From an uncultured bacterium (GTDB taxonomy: Bacteria; Verrucomicrobiota; Verrucomicrobiia; Limisphaerales; UBA8199): DNA of 64,000 nt. The translations under genes and the position numbers were made by a program. This document shows, in pieces, positions 22,271-34,122 of this stretch; position 1 is the first letter of the stretch, and each line of letters starts with the position of its first letter. The DNA lies in assembly GCA_963749495.1 (NCBI GenBank), contig CAVVMW010000015.1, positions 320,001-384,000 on the forward strand. Direction: 5' to 3'. The notes beneath the pieces are model-generated. The model was not told the DNA's origin and ran no database searches. It saw only the letters and a program-made list of their open reading frames with translations.

Positions 22271-23308
22271 CTATGGCCGGTGCTTGGAGACTTCTTGGGG
22301 TTGGGCCGCCTTATTACCGGTGACGACCACCCGGCGATAGCGCGTCAGCGGTGGCTGGCCGTTGTCCGTCACGGTCAGAACGACGTGTGTGGTCTGGCCG
22401 GAGGCATTGTCGGGGACACGCATGGTGGCAAGCTCGGTATTGGTCCCCACGATGGTCACGGGCCCGTGATAGGTGCCCGGCTCTGGATAAACAAACCACT
22501 TGTAGCTCAGACGGTCCCCGTCGGGGTCGCGCGAACCTCGGGCATCGAGCTTGAGGTCCGCACCGGCATTCGCCCGAAGCCGAAGACACTGGCTGCCTTC
22601 CAGGCCGTTCACGACTACCTGGGGAGGATGATTCGCCTCCGCGACGGGCTTGACGCACCAGTCCAGTCGCGCCCGGAAGTCGTTCTGGAGATGGACCGCC
22701 CAGCGCTGGAGGGTGTTGTCCCGGTTCGTTGTGCCTTGCCAGGCGTCGGCCTGGTTTGCCCAGTGAACCGAGCGTAACCGGCCTGTCCTCGTTCGCGCCG
22801 CACGCGCTCGAGCGCGCGTTTGAGGCAACTGGGTGCCGAGCCATGGTCGGTGCCCCAGTTGGAAAACCAAACCGGGCGTGCGTCCGCCCGGTCCACAGCC
22901 TTGATGATGAGGTCCACGCCGGCTTCCGTGTCCTCATAGCCGGGCACGGTAACCTCGAGCAGCCGTTCCGGGCTGGGATAGCGCGGGTCATGCCGCACGA
23001 GGTTGGGATAGCACTGTCCGTAAGCCCGGAGCATACGGCGGAGAATGCCCAGGCCCGTGCGCTCGGGGTTCAGGTTTTCGCCGTCTCGCGCCTGGGCGCG
23101 ATTCGCTATGATACCCTCGACGTCCCACTCGTTGGCACACAGCAGAAAGCGCACGAATGACTGCTCGTCATCCGGATCACCGCCGGCATCCGTTTCGATG
23201 ATGTAACGGATTCGGCTGTCGGGCCTTGGGGCCCCGCTGTCGGCGGCGAATGTGGCCAGGGACAGGAAGAGGCACTGAGGCCACGCAGAAGACAGGGTTT
23301 CTTTTCAT
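22271..23308 (-). pseudogene. DUF1593 (nucleoside-hydrolase-like) protein with C-terminal Ig-like domain, internally deleted and frameshifted
   Basis: IIETDAGGDPDDEQSFVRFLL, QNDFRARLDWCV...ANHPP, DPDGDRLSYKW, VTDNGQPPLTRYRRV. Confidence 0.8.
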
Positions 23309-24168
23309 CGTGATGTCACGAAAATGTCTGTCCAACAGCTCTGGATTATCATACATGGATACACCATGAAAGGCAGAATTGAGGCATTGATCCTGGCCCT
23401 CCTGGCGGCGCATATCCATCGCCTTCTGCAATGAGAATCCCCTTCACTCCGGTCGTTTATGAACATAGACACACCCAGAGCATTCCTGAGGAAAGCAACG
23501 GCGGCGGTAACGACCGGGGGCCTGATGGGATGGCGAACCGTCGCCCGGGCATCGGAAGCGAGGCCGCTCATCGTGCGCGACACTCTGTCCAATGCTGGAA
23601 TATCTGATCAAATCGCGGGTTTCATTTCAGCGTTGCCAGACCCGCCCGCTCGTGGCCGAAGCGGGGGCCTTCGCGATGGCGGAAGAGGCCTGGTTTGGGC
23701 CCTTCACTGGACGAGGAAAGGATGGAAAGGATTTGAAGCTTCTCGAGAGCGTTTCAGTTCAGAGTTAGGTCGGCGGCGCAAGGTCCAGGCGCCGGCTTCG
23801 GCCTCCAGCCAGGCTGCGCCGACTTCCGGGGTCACCTGTTTGTCCGCGGCGGCAAAGTCCTCTACTGCCTCCGCGGGAGCGCTGGGCGTTGACTACAGCC
23901 GCGGGCCGAGGCGTTACGAGGCCTACGGCATTGACTTTGGCCCCCGGGTGACTGAGCCTCTTGGCGAGTGAACATGTCGTGTGGCCATGCCATCGCTCCA
24001 TGAACCGCCTCGTAGGGCAGCTTGCCAGCCTGCTGGTTCTGGGGACTTTCCATGCCCCAGCACGAGTTCATCGCGATTCATGCTCCCTGTGCGCCTCTGC
24101 AGGAACGTCCAGGCTCGCTCCCAACCGCTGCCGCGCAGAGCCACATGCCGTTCCATTCACGGACCCTT

Positions 24169-24640
24169 ATGCAAAACGACCCGACCCAATTCAGCCAACG
24201 GAATTCCCGCCGGGAATTCCTGCGACACACCGCGCTGGGCGCCACTGGGGCGGCCCTGACCTCTTCCTCGACGCTGCTGGCGCAACTCGCCGGGGAGCGT
24301 CCCGCACGAGCCGCAGGCGTTACGGTGTTGAACCCGCGCGCCCGCGTGCCGGTGGGCCTCATCATTGATGATGCCACCTGTCTGGTGAACCTGAACAAAT
24401 TCGCCGTCCCGCAGTTCGCCGCGGCCTGGGGCGCGGGCAGCAACTACGAGAAATACCGGTGGCGGGAGTGGCCGAACGAAATCCCCGACGCGTTCGTGCG
24501 CAAGTTCGGCGAGTGGTGCGCCGGGCAGGGCGTCAAGGGCAAGTTCAGCATCGTCCCCTATCCTGCTTGCGTGGGCCGGCTTGACCGCACGCTGCCGGGC
24601 TGAACGCAGCGCGAGTTGAATGACAGCCTCGAACCGGTGC
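24169..24640 (+). pseudogene. Tat-exported hypothetical protein, N-terminal fragment
   Basis: SRREFL; VPVGLIIDD; VKGKFSIVPYP; TGA at 24601 followed by in-frame-looking TQRELNDSLE. Confidence 0.55.
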
Positions 24641-24780
24641 GCCAGGGGATATGAACGGCGCCGGGCACGAGCAGCAGGTTCTCGATGCCCAGATCGTGCG
24701 CGGCCTGGGCCATCAAGCCGGCCAGTTCCAATCCGCGCGCCCGCTTGACCGGATCGTTGCTCGTGAGGGGATAGGAGATG
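24640..24780 (-). pseudogene. Sugar-phosphate isomerase/epimerase (TIM barrel) internal fragment
   Basis: YPLTSNDPVKRARGLE...AHDLGIENLLLVPGAV. Confidence 0.6.
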
Positions 24781-25087
24781 GCTTTTCTTTCATAGCCGGC
24801 AACGTAAGCCCCGATCTGCCGGCTTCCAAGCCAGCTTGCGCTGGTTTTTCGGCGTGGTGGCCGGGCCGGCTGGCTCACGCTCCGAAAAAGGGAAAGAGCT
24901 GCTTCAGTTCCTCCTGGTCCGGTTTGCGGCCGTACTCACAGATCTCGAGGAAAGGAAATGCCTTCGAGGGCGACGCGACGGCGGCCCGCATTGCGGCTGC
25001 GGCACAACACGCCGGTCTGGAGCCGGCATACCAAGCGCTGCGGCCGGACCTCCTCGAGCGCCGGGGCAAATAGCACCAGAGAATAAC

Positions 25088-26953
25088 TCAGCGCCGGGCG
25101 CGTTGGCGCCAGCGGGATTGGTCAATGCGTTTGAGTTCGGCGTCGAGACTGGTGCCCTCGTAGAAAGAAAGCCAGCCGCGCAACCGCACCGTTTCGCCGG
25201 GCGGGCAATCCGGGAACTTCGGATCAGCATGGACGCAGGGCACTTGGTCGTTGCCCCAGCAACGGTCGCAGGGGTCCCACCCGGTGATAATCCAGCGTTG
25301 GCCATCCTCGGAGCGCGCGGCGGCGTAAGGGGGCTGGAAGACCTTGTTTGTCAGCGTCTGGGCGGCAAAACCGGCCGCCGCCTTGAGCATCACGCAATTC
25401 TGCACGCGCAAGCCGGTGAGCTTCTCGCGTGTCCCGTTGCGCAGCCAGAGTTCCATGCGCACGGCGCCGGCCGACGGCACGATCCGCGAGCCGAACAGGA
25501 TGCCGTTGGGCAGCGTGCGCTCGCAGTCCAGGGAGCCGTCTGCGCGGCGGTTCCACTCCAGGGGCGGGAGCTTGATCCCCTGCTGATCCCAAATCGTGGG
25601 GATGTGCGTGTGGGCCAGGTAGATCAGACCGAGGTTGGAAAAGATCGCTTCGGGAATATCCGCCACCACGTAACCCCCGTCTGCCCATGGGGCGAACACG
25701 CTGCATTTGGTCTCGCGCTGGGGCAGCACGGCGCCGTCCAGAAAACCGATGCGCGGATGGCGTCCGCCCGGATAAGGCAACACCCGCAACGGTTCGCCCG
25801 GCCCCGCCGATGCGCGCATGGGCGGGGGCGCCGTTTTCCCGTCAAGGGCAAACTTACGCAAGGCGACCCCCGCTTCCGCCGGCGAGAGGCCCGTCGCCGC
25901 GCTGACTTCCTCGAGCGTGAAGCGATGAAAGACGACCATGTTCTCCAGCCAATAACGCAGGTCGGCTTCATCGGTGGGAGGCCGAGGCTCCACCAGCAAG
26001 CTCAGGCGTGACTCGTAGGCGGCCAGGGCCCGCTCATACTCGGCGATGGCTGCGGCCGGCAGCACGCCGCGGCTGCGCTTGGTTTCATCGCGCACCCGCT
26101 GCACAAGAAACTCAACCTCGTCCCGCTTGGGGCGCAGGGGAGAATCCCGCACGTCGAACCAGCGCGGTGCGGTGTGGGCAAAGCGGACCGGCGGCCGCGC
26201 GCGGGGTTCGAAACAACGCAAGGCGACCCAGCTTGTGCCAGCGAGTGTCAGCGGCTGCCGAAAACGCGCTTCCCACGCTCCCTCCGTGTTCTGCCTGGGT
26301 TCCAGCGTCAGGTGATCACGGACTTCGCCGTTGACGATGAGTTCGACCTCGCTTACCTGCTCCTCGCTGAGCACCAGGCCGCTGACTTCTTCTCGCTCGA
26401 TTTCCGTCAGCAACATCGGGCCCGTGGTCACGAAGCTGCGGCCCTCATTCAGCCCCTTGAGCCAACCTTCGTAGCTGAACCCGCCCGGCAGATGCACGTA
26501 CACCCGGCCATAGCCCAGCGGGACCGGATGCACCCCATTGGCCGTGCCGGCGGTCGGGCGCAGGCGATAGCCGCAATCCAGCAGCGCGTAGTAGTTCTGG
26601 AACGTGTAGCCGCCAGTTTGCAGCTCGGCTCGGAACGGATGTGCTGAGAGGGTGGTGTGATACTCGACCGAGTTGGTGTTGAGCCAGTTTCGCCGCTCGT
26701 AGCGAATGGCCGAGCCTCCGAGTGCGGCGGACTCCGGGAAAAACCAGCGCCCATCCTCGCCTCGGATGTACACGCGCAACGCAAGGGCTTGCCCGGTGGC
26801 ATCATCGACCACCTCGCCGGTAACGATCGTTGGCCCGGCCACTGACGCAAGTTCAGCCTCTGCCCCTGCCAACTCCGCCGGCAGACCCGCGGCGCACATT
26901 AGCCACACGCATGCACGGGCGACGAGTTTCCACGGATTCGTGGGACAGTTCAT
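25088..26953 (-). CDS. CehA/McbA-like (PHP-related) secreted metallohydrolase with apparent in-frame internal deletion
   Basis: VVDDATGQALALRVYI N-domain joined directly to YYALLDCGYRLRPTAGTANGV...GRSFVTTGPML; metal-binding N-half of the PHP domain not seen. Confidence 0.6.
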   Translation of the reverse strand: MNCPTNPWKLVARACVWLMCAAGLPAELAGAEAELASVAGPTIVTGEVVDDATGQALALRVYIRGEDGRWFFPESAALGGSAIRYERRNWLNTNSVEYHTTLSAHPFRAELQTGGYTFQNYYALLDCGYRLRPTAGTANGVHPVPLGYGRVYVHLPGGFSYEGWLKGLNEGRSFVTTGPMLLTEIEREEVSGLVLSEEQVSEVELIVNGEVRDHLTLEPRQNTEGAWEARFRQPLTLAGTSWVALRCFEPRARPPVRFAHTAPRWFDVRDSPLRPKRDEVEFLVQRVRDETKRSRGVLPAAAIAEYERALAAYESRLSLLVEPRPPTDEADLRYWLENMVVFHRFTLEEVSAATGLSPAEAGVALRKFALDGKTAPPPMRASAGPGEPLRVLPYPGGRHPRIGFLDGAVLPQRETKCSVFAPWADGGYVVADIPEAIFSNLGLIYLAHTHIPTIWDQQGIKLPPLEWNRRADGSLDCERTLPNGILFGSRIVPSAGAVRMELWLRNGTREKLTGLRVQNCVMLKAAAGFAAQTLTNKVFQPPYAAARSEDGQRWIITGWDPCDRCWGNDQVPCVHADPKFPDCPPGETVRLRGWLSFYEGTSLDAELKRIDQSRWRQRARR

Positions 26954-27300
26954 GGCGAGAAGGCTACTCCGGTTGGCTTGCCCGCTCAATCGCTTTGGCA
27001 GACAAATCGAGGCATAGCGGGCCACGCATGCTGAGGCGCCTCCGCGAGCGCCTGGGCATTCCCGTCCAATCCGGCCCGTCGCATCGCGCCGAAATCCAGA
27101 ACGGGCTCTCGCCGGTTGAATTGGTCGTGCTCGACGAACCGGGCTTCACCGCACCCTTGCAGGAGAAGCGTAAGGTCACCTATGCCCTGCTCCAACCGGA
27201 GGCGTCCGGGCCATGAGGGCGTGTCGAGCGTCGAAGCTACTCGGAGACAGCAAGTCCCTATTGCATTTGGCTTCAAAAGGCGCTACGCCTTGCGCCAACA

Positions 27301-27675
27301 ATGAACCGCAGACAGTTGCTCGGGATGGCGGGGATATTGGTTGCCGGCGTGCTGGCTTGGCCGGTTCCCGCCTCCGCCGAGGAAAAACCCAAGGCCGGAT
27401 TGAGGATCTATGATGTCACCGCTTATGGCGCGCGCGGCGACGGCGACACTCTGGACACGGCCCCGATTAACCGTGCCATTGGCCAATGCCACGCGGCGGG
27501 TGGAGGGATCGTCTATCTGCCGCCGGGCCGGTTTTTGACCGGAACCGTGGTCCTCCAAAGCAATGTCTGCCTCTATCTGGAGGCGGGCGCCACTCTGCTG
27601 GGGAGCAACAACCTCGCCGCGGCCAAACCCGCCATGATCACACTCGAAGTGCCCAACGGCGCCGTAAATCTGTAA
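27301..27675 (+). pseudogene. GH28-like beta-helix protein, N-terminal fragment
   Basis: YDVTAYGARGDGDTLDTAPINRAI...GGGIVYLPPGRFLTG, then premature end. Confidence 0.75.
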
Positions 27676-27885
27676 CCCACGTGAAACATTCTCGAACCGC
27701 GCCCCTGCTGCGGCACCTCTATTCCGGGGGCTATTTGGGCCGAGCTCATTTTCTGCGCCTGCAGCAACAGGACCGCGACGTTCAAGGCAACCCGTCCCTT
27801 GTGCGCGAATTTCAGGAAATGCTGATCGGCGATCCGTTCGCTGACGCACTCAGCCGCACCCGATGACATTTTCAGCTCTCCCAAC

Positions 27886-28400
27886 ATGAAAAGACTCCTT
27901 CCCCTCTGCTTGATGCTGGCGTTTATAGCCGGCTTGCACGCTGCCGGTGCAAGAGGTCCGGTCAGAGTCTTCATCCTGGCAGGCCAGTCGAACATGGAAG
28001 GCCAGGGGGTGGCTGACCTCGGAGGGCCTGAGCAGTTCATCGTGCTCAACGCCGTCCCGACGTTGGATTTCGAACAGATTCGCCGCGAGTTCACCAACTC
28101 GCCGGGTGCCAAGGTACAGGTGGGTGTGGCGGCGATTTTCTCCTACCTCGGCCAACCGCGTGCCAGAACCGTAGCTGAGTTGCGCGAGTTCCTTCGCCGT
28201 TCCCCGGAAACCGGCCTGCCGATCGTGGTCCAACTCGACGGCGAGAGTTGGTGGGGCGGCCGGCAGGATTTGTGGAACTGGTGGGACGCTGCCAGCCCCG
28301 GCTATTCAGCCGGCAATCGTGACAATGTGGAGTGGACCGGATGGTTGCCCGACGACGCCATCAAGATTGCCTGGCGCAACTGGGGAAGACAGTTCCGCGC
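27886..28400 (+). pseudogene. Chimera: SASA/CE6-type esterase N-terminus fused to an unrelated fragment
   Basis: Signal peptide plus VFILAGQSNMEG, then an unrelated LWNWWD...NVEWTGW segment. Confidence 0.6.
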
Positions 28401-29237
28401 GCTGCCGCTACCTCTGTATCTACAACTGGAGCGGCATCCGGAGCAGCCGCGAAATCCTCGACGCCATCCGCGACGTCGTGGCCGCGCACAGCCCGTGAAG
28501 ATGTCCACCATTTGTGAACTTGCTCAGCCGGATCAGTGCCAACCAATCCAGGATTCCCCTGGTGGAACCACCATCGGGGCGGCCGGGAGAGCCTTTCCTT
28601 TCAGCGGATCGAAGTGCGGGTGAGCGCGAATGCGCGTCGTGATCGGCGCGTCGGTCGGGTTGTGGATTCCCAAGGTCCACGCGTCCTCGCCGGATCGGGT
28701 CAGTTGCACGAACAGGGCACAGGGTTCCCTTTCATCTCTTCTATCGGATCACATTGGGATTATTGTCCCGGCGCAGCACCGATTTCTTTTGCACCACCAG
28801 GTCGCCGTCGCGCACCCAGGATTCGCCGCGAATCGCCAGGTGCCGGACCATCTTCTGGCGCCACTCCTTGACCAGGGGTCCGGCGGCGGGCTCGGAGGCC
28901 AGGTCGCGGCATTCCCGAGGGTCGCTTCATGCGGATGATTGATGGAGGGCACAGGCGTCGCATCTGGCTTCGTAATTTGGCGTCTTGGCTCGCATCGAAT
29001 CAACCTCTTTTTCGGCATGGTCCTGTGGGAAATGCCGTTGCCTTGATTCGGCCCGAGAATGTGCCCTTCCGGGGAGCCCGCTTGAGGCTCGGAATGGAAC
29101 TCGACAAGCGCTGCCAATTCGCGGATTTCAAGCATTTGGTCCTCGATATACACCGTTATGGACCAACAGGCCGGCGTAAAAACTCTGTCGCTCCCGCATT
29201 GGGATTAGCATAATCCCCGCATGAGAACGATTCCTGC

Positions 29238-30431
29238 ATGAACGTGATTCACCGATACGCCACTCTGTTGGTTCTCTTCGGGGTCTGCGCCGGGAGCGCT
29301 GGCGCCGCAGGGACACCCCAGCCCCTGACCCTTCGTCTGCCCGGGCTCTGGCAAACCAACGGGGTCCTGTTCAAGGGCGCAGAGCCATATCGTGGTGTGG
29401 GTGCCAACTACTTCGACCTGTTCCTGCGGGTCCTGCACGAGCCGACAAACAGCACGAGCCTCGACGGCCTGGGGCGGCTTGGCCGGGCGGGCATTCCGTT
29501 CGTGCGGTTTGCACTCGCCTTTGACGATGCGGATTGGAAAATCTTCCTCGATCAGCGGGAGGAATTCCTCCATCGTTTGGATTCAGTGGTGCAAGCAGCC
29601 GAGCGAGCCAACGTCGGCCTCATTCCATCGTTTTTCTGGAGCTTCATGAGCTTCCCGGACCTCACCAACGAGCCACGCGACCAATGGGGCAATCCCGATA
29701 GCAAGACCAGTGCGTTAATGCGGCAGATCGTCGGTGCGATCGTTGAGCGCTACAAGAACTCCAAGGCGCTTTGGGCTTGGGAGTTTGGCAACGAAGCCAA
29801 CCTCCTGGCCGATTTGCCAAACGCCGCACAATTCCGCAAGCCCGGGGGCACCGAGCGCGACGATCTCACGTCGCAAGTGATGGTGGTGATGCTGCGGGAC
29901 TTCGCCAGAGAAGTCCGCCGGCACGACGCGCAGCGATTGATCATCGCGGGCCACTCGCACCCTCGGGCTTTCGCCTGGCACAACAGCGCCGAGAAAAGCT
30001 GGAAAGCTGACAGCAAGGAGCAAACCCTCGAGATTCTCCGGCGCGATAACCCTGCACCGCTCGACACGATCGCCATCCATATCTATGCCGATCAGCCTGT
30101 CTCCAAGGAAACGGCGGTCTGGGCCAAAGACCATGCTGAATATTTGCTGGCCGTTCGCCAGTTGTCGCACGAGATGAAGCGCCCGGTGTTCGTTGGCGAA
30201 TTCGGCCTGGCTTCCAACGGCCAGGAGGGGAACACGAGGGCCAAATTCGAGCGAGTCCTGGCCGACCTGGAGCAGGCACAGGTCGACTTGGCGGCATTTT
30301 GGGTCTTCGACCTCAAGAGCCAAAGCCAAGAGTGGAGCGTGACCTTCGAGAATATCCGTGCCTACATGATTGAATTGACGGCCGAAGCCAACCGGCGGTG
30401 GAACCAAAAGGCCTTGCACCGAGAGCAGTGA
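29238..30431 (+). CDS. Secreted GH5-like glycoside hydrolase (cellulase/mannanase family)
   Basis: GVGANYFD, WAWEFGNE (acid/base), PVFVGEFG (nucleophile). Confidence 0.85.
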   Translation: MNVIHRYATLLVLFGVCAGSAGAAGTPQPLTLRLPGLWQTNGVLFKGAEPYRGVGANYFDLFLRVLHEPTNSTSLDGLGRLGRAGIPFVRFALAFDDADWKIFLDQREEFLHRLDSVVQAAERANVGLIPSFFWSFMSFPDLTNEPRDQWGNPDSKTSALMRQIVGAIVERYKNSKALWAWEFGNEANLLADLPNAAQFRKPGGTERDDLTSQVMVVMLRDFAREVRRHDAQRLIIAGHSHPRAFAWHNSAEKSWKADSKEQTLEILRRDNPAPLDTIAIHIYADQPVSKETAVWAKDHAEYLLAVRQLSHEMKRPVFVGEFGLASNGQEGNTRAKFERVLADLEQAQVDLAAFWVFDLKSQSQEWSVTFENIRAYMIELTAEANRRWNQKALHREQ

Positions 30432-30472
30432 ACTCTTTTCCGGGCTTGGGCTTAGGGAGTAGAATCGCGGGC

Positions 30473-30812
30473 ATGAACAGACATTTCCAGATCCTGGCCG
30501 GCGCATTGATCTTCGTTGCTCAGCCAGGGTTCGGTGCCGCGGCGGGGACGGAATCTCCAGGGGCGGCCCGGGGCGCGTACTTTTCCGAGAAGAGCTACCA
30601 CCCGGCGCCCCTGCCCCGGTTTGCCGAGATCCGCGACCGGCTCCCATCGCCCGTTTTTGAGGAAAGGCCCGAGTGGGTGTCCATGTACTGGAAAAGCTGG
30701 GAACTGGCGTTCAAGAACTTCCATGAACCGGCCTCGGGCAGCGGTTATGTTTCCCAGTTCATCGATGCCGCGTTCAATGAGAATATCTTCCTGTGGGACA
30801 CCTGTTTCATGA
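30473..30812 (+). pseudogene. GH63/trehalase-like glycosidase N-terminal fragment
   Basis: MYWKSWELAF...FIDAAFNENIFLWDTCFM, truncated at the junction with a convergent gene. Confidence 0.65.
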
Positions 30813-31738
30813 CTGATCTCACCGAATTGCGGCTCCGTTTCGGCTTTGTGAGCGGGATGGTATTGGCCCATCAGATTGACATAGGTGTCGGGCGAGAGCG
30901 CGCTCGCCAGCCAATGGAGGATGGACTGTGTGTCCTGGATCAGGCCCGGCATGACCAGGTGCCGCACCAGCACACCACGCAACGCGAGCCCGTCCTCGTC
31001 AACTATCAGAACCCCGACTTGCTCGTGCATGGCTTTGATTGCCCGACGCGCGGCCTCGGGGTAGTCCCGGGCCCGGAGGTACTTGGCGCAGGCTTGCGCG
31101 TCCCACAACTTGAAGTCGGGCATGTAGATGTCCACCACCCCGTCCATCAGCCGGATGCTCTCGAGGCTATCGTAGGCCCCCGTGTTATAGACCAGCGGCA
31201 ATCGCAGACCCTTTGGGATCGCGCTCAGCAGGGCCTCCAGGATCTGCGGCACGACGTGCTCCGGTGTGACGAAATTGATGTTGTGGCAACCGGCCGCTTG
31301 CAGACGCAACATCACGGCCGCCAATTGGTCGGCGTCCAATTCCTGTCCGTCCCCAAGCTGGCTGATTTCATAGTTCTGGCAAAAGACGCATCCCAGGTTG
31401 CAGCCGGCAAAGAAAATCGTTCCCGATCCCCTCCAGCCGCGCAGGCAGTCCTCCTCGCCCAAGTGGGGAAACGCGCTGGAAACCCGCGCGTAGCGGCCGG
31501 TCTTGCAGACGCCGGCTTTGTTTTCCAAGCGGTTCACCTGGCAGTCTCGCGGGCAGACCTTGCATGGATGCAGCAGTTCCTGGGCGGCCTTGGCTCTCTC
31601 GGTGAGCAGCCCAAGTTCGTAGGCTTTCAGATATGCTGGGACAAAGTCACGCCGCGCGCGTACGAAGCGGGCGCCACCGCCCAGCGCCCTCGAAAGGCGG
31701 TGGCTTGCCTGGGCCTGAGTTTGGGAGGTTTCACCCAT
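30813..31738 (-). pseudogene. PflX-like radical SAM protein, C-terminus truncated
   Basis: CKVCPRDCQVNR, HLGEEDCLRG, GCNLGCVFCQN (CxxxCxxC), NINFVTPEH, DIYMPDFK, VRHLVMPG. Confidence 0.85.
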
Positions 31739-31908
31739 TGCAGGGCCTCTTCTGCCATTATCGCAACACCCAGGGCAAGTCCGATCCCGTACGCTCGGCG
31801 AGACATTCTCGAATCTGCATGACCAATGGGTATAGAGCCGTGCAGGGCCGGGTTCAAGCTCCGGTTCCCTTGACACGCCCCTGTGCTTCAGCCAGCCTGC
31901 GCTTCCGC

Positions 31909-32166
31909 ATGAGCAAGGTCCAAAATCATCTGGAAGGTGTTGAGGCAGATCACCCAAACTGGCGGCCGTTTCTCGTCGCCGCCAGCATTCTCGGGGCCCT
32001 TGGGCCTTTCGGGCCAACCGTGTCCGCGGCGGCAACGTGGCATGCCGCCGCAGCAGGCGAGGCCTCAGATGCAAATCCAGGAACGGCGCAGCAACCGGTC
32101 CGGAGCGTCGCCAAGGCCGTGTCGCTGGCTAGGCCGGGTGACGTGATCGTGCTCGCTCCTGTATGA
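31909..32166 (+). pseudogene. DUF1565/parallel beta-helix protein N-terminal fragment
   Basis: SDANPGTAQQPVRSVAKAVSLARPGDVIVL then stop. Confidence 0.7.
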
Positions 32167-32355
32167 AAACCCAGTGGACTTCTGGAACGGCCAGCGCCCG
32201 CACCTGTCCAAGACCGAGAAGTACAGACCTGGGCGCCCATCAATTCGGCACCACCGGCGCGGCGCACATCGGCCTGTACAGGGCTGCGTTCCCGTTCGAG
32301 GTCCCGCCGTTCAAGCTCCAGTTCAAGGCCAGGCCCAATTTGTCATCGTGAAAGC

Positions 32356-32814
32356 ATGGACTGCGACGGCGATGGCAAGGCCGATGCGCGCTTCGATACC
32401 CGTTGTCGGTTTGTCCTTCAATTGCGCAACGGAAAAATCCTGTCGGCCGAGGCGGATCGAAAGACCGCCCTGCGCATCGGAGGCGTGGTATTTCAACTCG
32501 ACGCCTACGTACCCGCGATCATCTCCGGCGTGAGCGAAGCCGGCCTCTGGCAAACGGATGACCTGGGCGGATCCTGGCACGAGCTTGCTCCGGCGGACCG
32601 GGAGCAAATCCACAATCGTCCCCACCAAATTGTATTTGATCCCGCCGACCCGCGCCGGTTCTGGACCAGCGGTTGTTACGATGCCAGCCCCTTCATGACT
32701 GCAGATGGCGGCAAGACGTTTCAGCGGCTGGGCAACCTTACCCACATGGACGGCATCGGCATCGTGAAGAGCATCAAGGTGTCCGACGCCGTCCTGCGCT
32801 GGGACGTGCACTGA
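32356..32814 (+). pseudogene. BNR/Asp-box beta-propeller fragment
   Basis: WQTDDLGGSW, FMTADGGKTFQRL. Confidence 0.55.
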
Positions 32815-32870
32815 CCGCTGGGCACACGAATTCGAAAAGCTCTTACCCCCGGATCCATGATGCGTATAAG

Positions 32871-33413
32871 ATGAAGATTCTAACACGGACCGTATTTCTC
32901 CTCATGGTCCTGACCTCCCGCCCGGTCTCTGCTGAAATCATCCCAACCAACCGGATCTGCGATTGGACGCCCGGCGTGAACGTGGGCGTTCCGGGCGGGA
33001 TTCCCAGTCGCACAGTAATCGGCTCCACGGTCGATGCCTCTGTCTATGGAACAGGATCGGCAGACGCTTCCGCGGCACTCGGCGCCGCGATTGACGCCTG
33101 CCCCTCCGGTCGGGTTGTGCTAATCCCTGCCGGGACGTACCGGCTTGACAGCCGCGTTTACCGCGCCCATGCGAGCAACGTAACCATCCGGGGCGCGGGA
33201 ATGGGCGAAACGATCCTCAAAGTCCGATCGCGCAAGCCGGAGTGGTTCGGAAGCCTGCCGTGGCCGCCTTTTGATCCGGCGAATCCGCCGGGAGCGTTCG
33301 AGGATGCGAATGTGTGCAGAATTCCGGCAGGGTACAGGTATGTGCACGGGAAGGATCCGGCGGAGGCGATGAAGAAGCCGGTGACGAATCCAGAGAGACG
33401 GACAAACAGATGA
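32871..33413 (+). pseudogene. Secreted pectin-lyase-fold protein, N- and C-termini joined by deletion
   Basis: DWTPGVNVGVPGGIP, VLIPAGTYRL, TIRGAGMGETILK fused to KPEWFGSLPWPPFDP...IPAGYRY. Confidence 0.65.
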
Positions 33414-33429
33414 GAATGAGAATCATTCC

Positions 33430-33840
33430 GCGTGTGCGATCGCCCAGCCTGGGGAAACCATCGTGCTGCGCGGCGGGGTGTATCGCGAGGTCCTGGCCCC
33501 GGCAAACGATGGCGTGACGGTCCGCGCCATGAAGACCGAGAAGGTGACAATTAGCGGGGCCGACCTCATCGAGGGTTGGAAACGTGAGGCGGATGGAAGT
33601 TGGTCGGCGCCCCTGGTCGCCGAGCCGAAGAAGGTCCTGCGCGATGGCCAGCCCTGGAGCCAGTTCAGGTATAACAGGACCGCCAGGCGAATCACGATGC
33701 AGACCGGCGGCGATCCTCGCCTGCACGCCTTCGAGAGCATCGTGCGGGAGCAGGGCCTCGTCCTCTCTGGCAGAAAGGACACGAAGATTGAAGGGATCAC
33801 CGTCGTTGACACGTTGAAGGCGGGTGCCGTGAATCCATGA
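33430..33840 (+). pseudogene. Beta-helix protein fragment
   Basis: TIVLRGGVYRE...VTVRAMKTEKVTISGAD. Confidence 0.5.
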
Positions 33841-34122
33841 TGAGGAGATGAAGAAGCTGGTCGCCGAGCCGAAGATCATCCTCCTTGGCTATCGGCTGTT
33901 GCGTGTCCTGCAGCGCAAGGAGCGGAAGGAAGGGGGATCCCAACCGTGGAACTGGGCCAGGAGCCCGAGGGGCTATTCTTCGGGTCGTGGCTTCGCTTCT
34001 GAATACCCGACCGAGGCGGCGGCCAACATGGCGCGATTCCACTGAATGCGACGCTGGTCTTCGATGCGGGATTGTCGTCGATCACATGAGCGCGCCGTGA
34101 ACGGGTAGCCGGCACTTATCCC

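Noticed and set aside
30398..32074. ORFs 30398..31822 and 30452..32074 as full-length proteins
   Set aside because: Each is a real fragment reading through into the antisense strand of the other across a deletion junction near 30812
33613..33875. 19-bp direct repeat CTGGTCGCCGAGCCGAAGA at 33613 and 33857
   Set aside because: Lies in decayed fragments with no element ends; probably a local duplication scar
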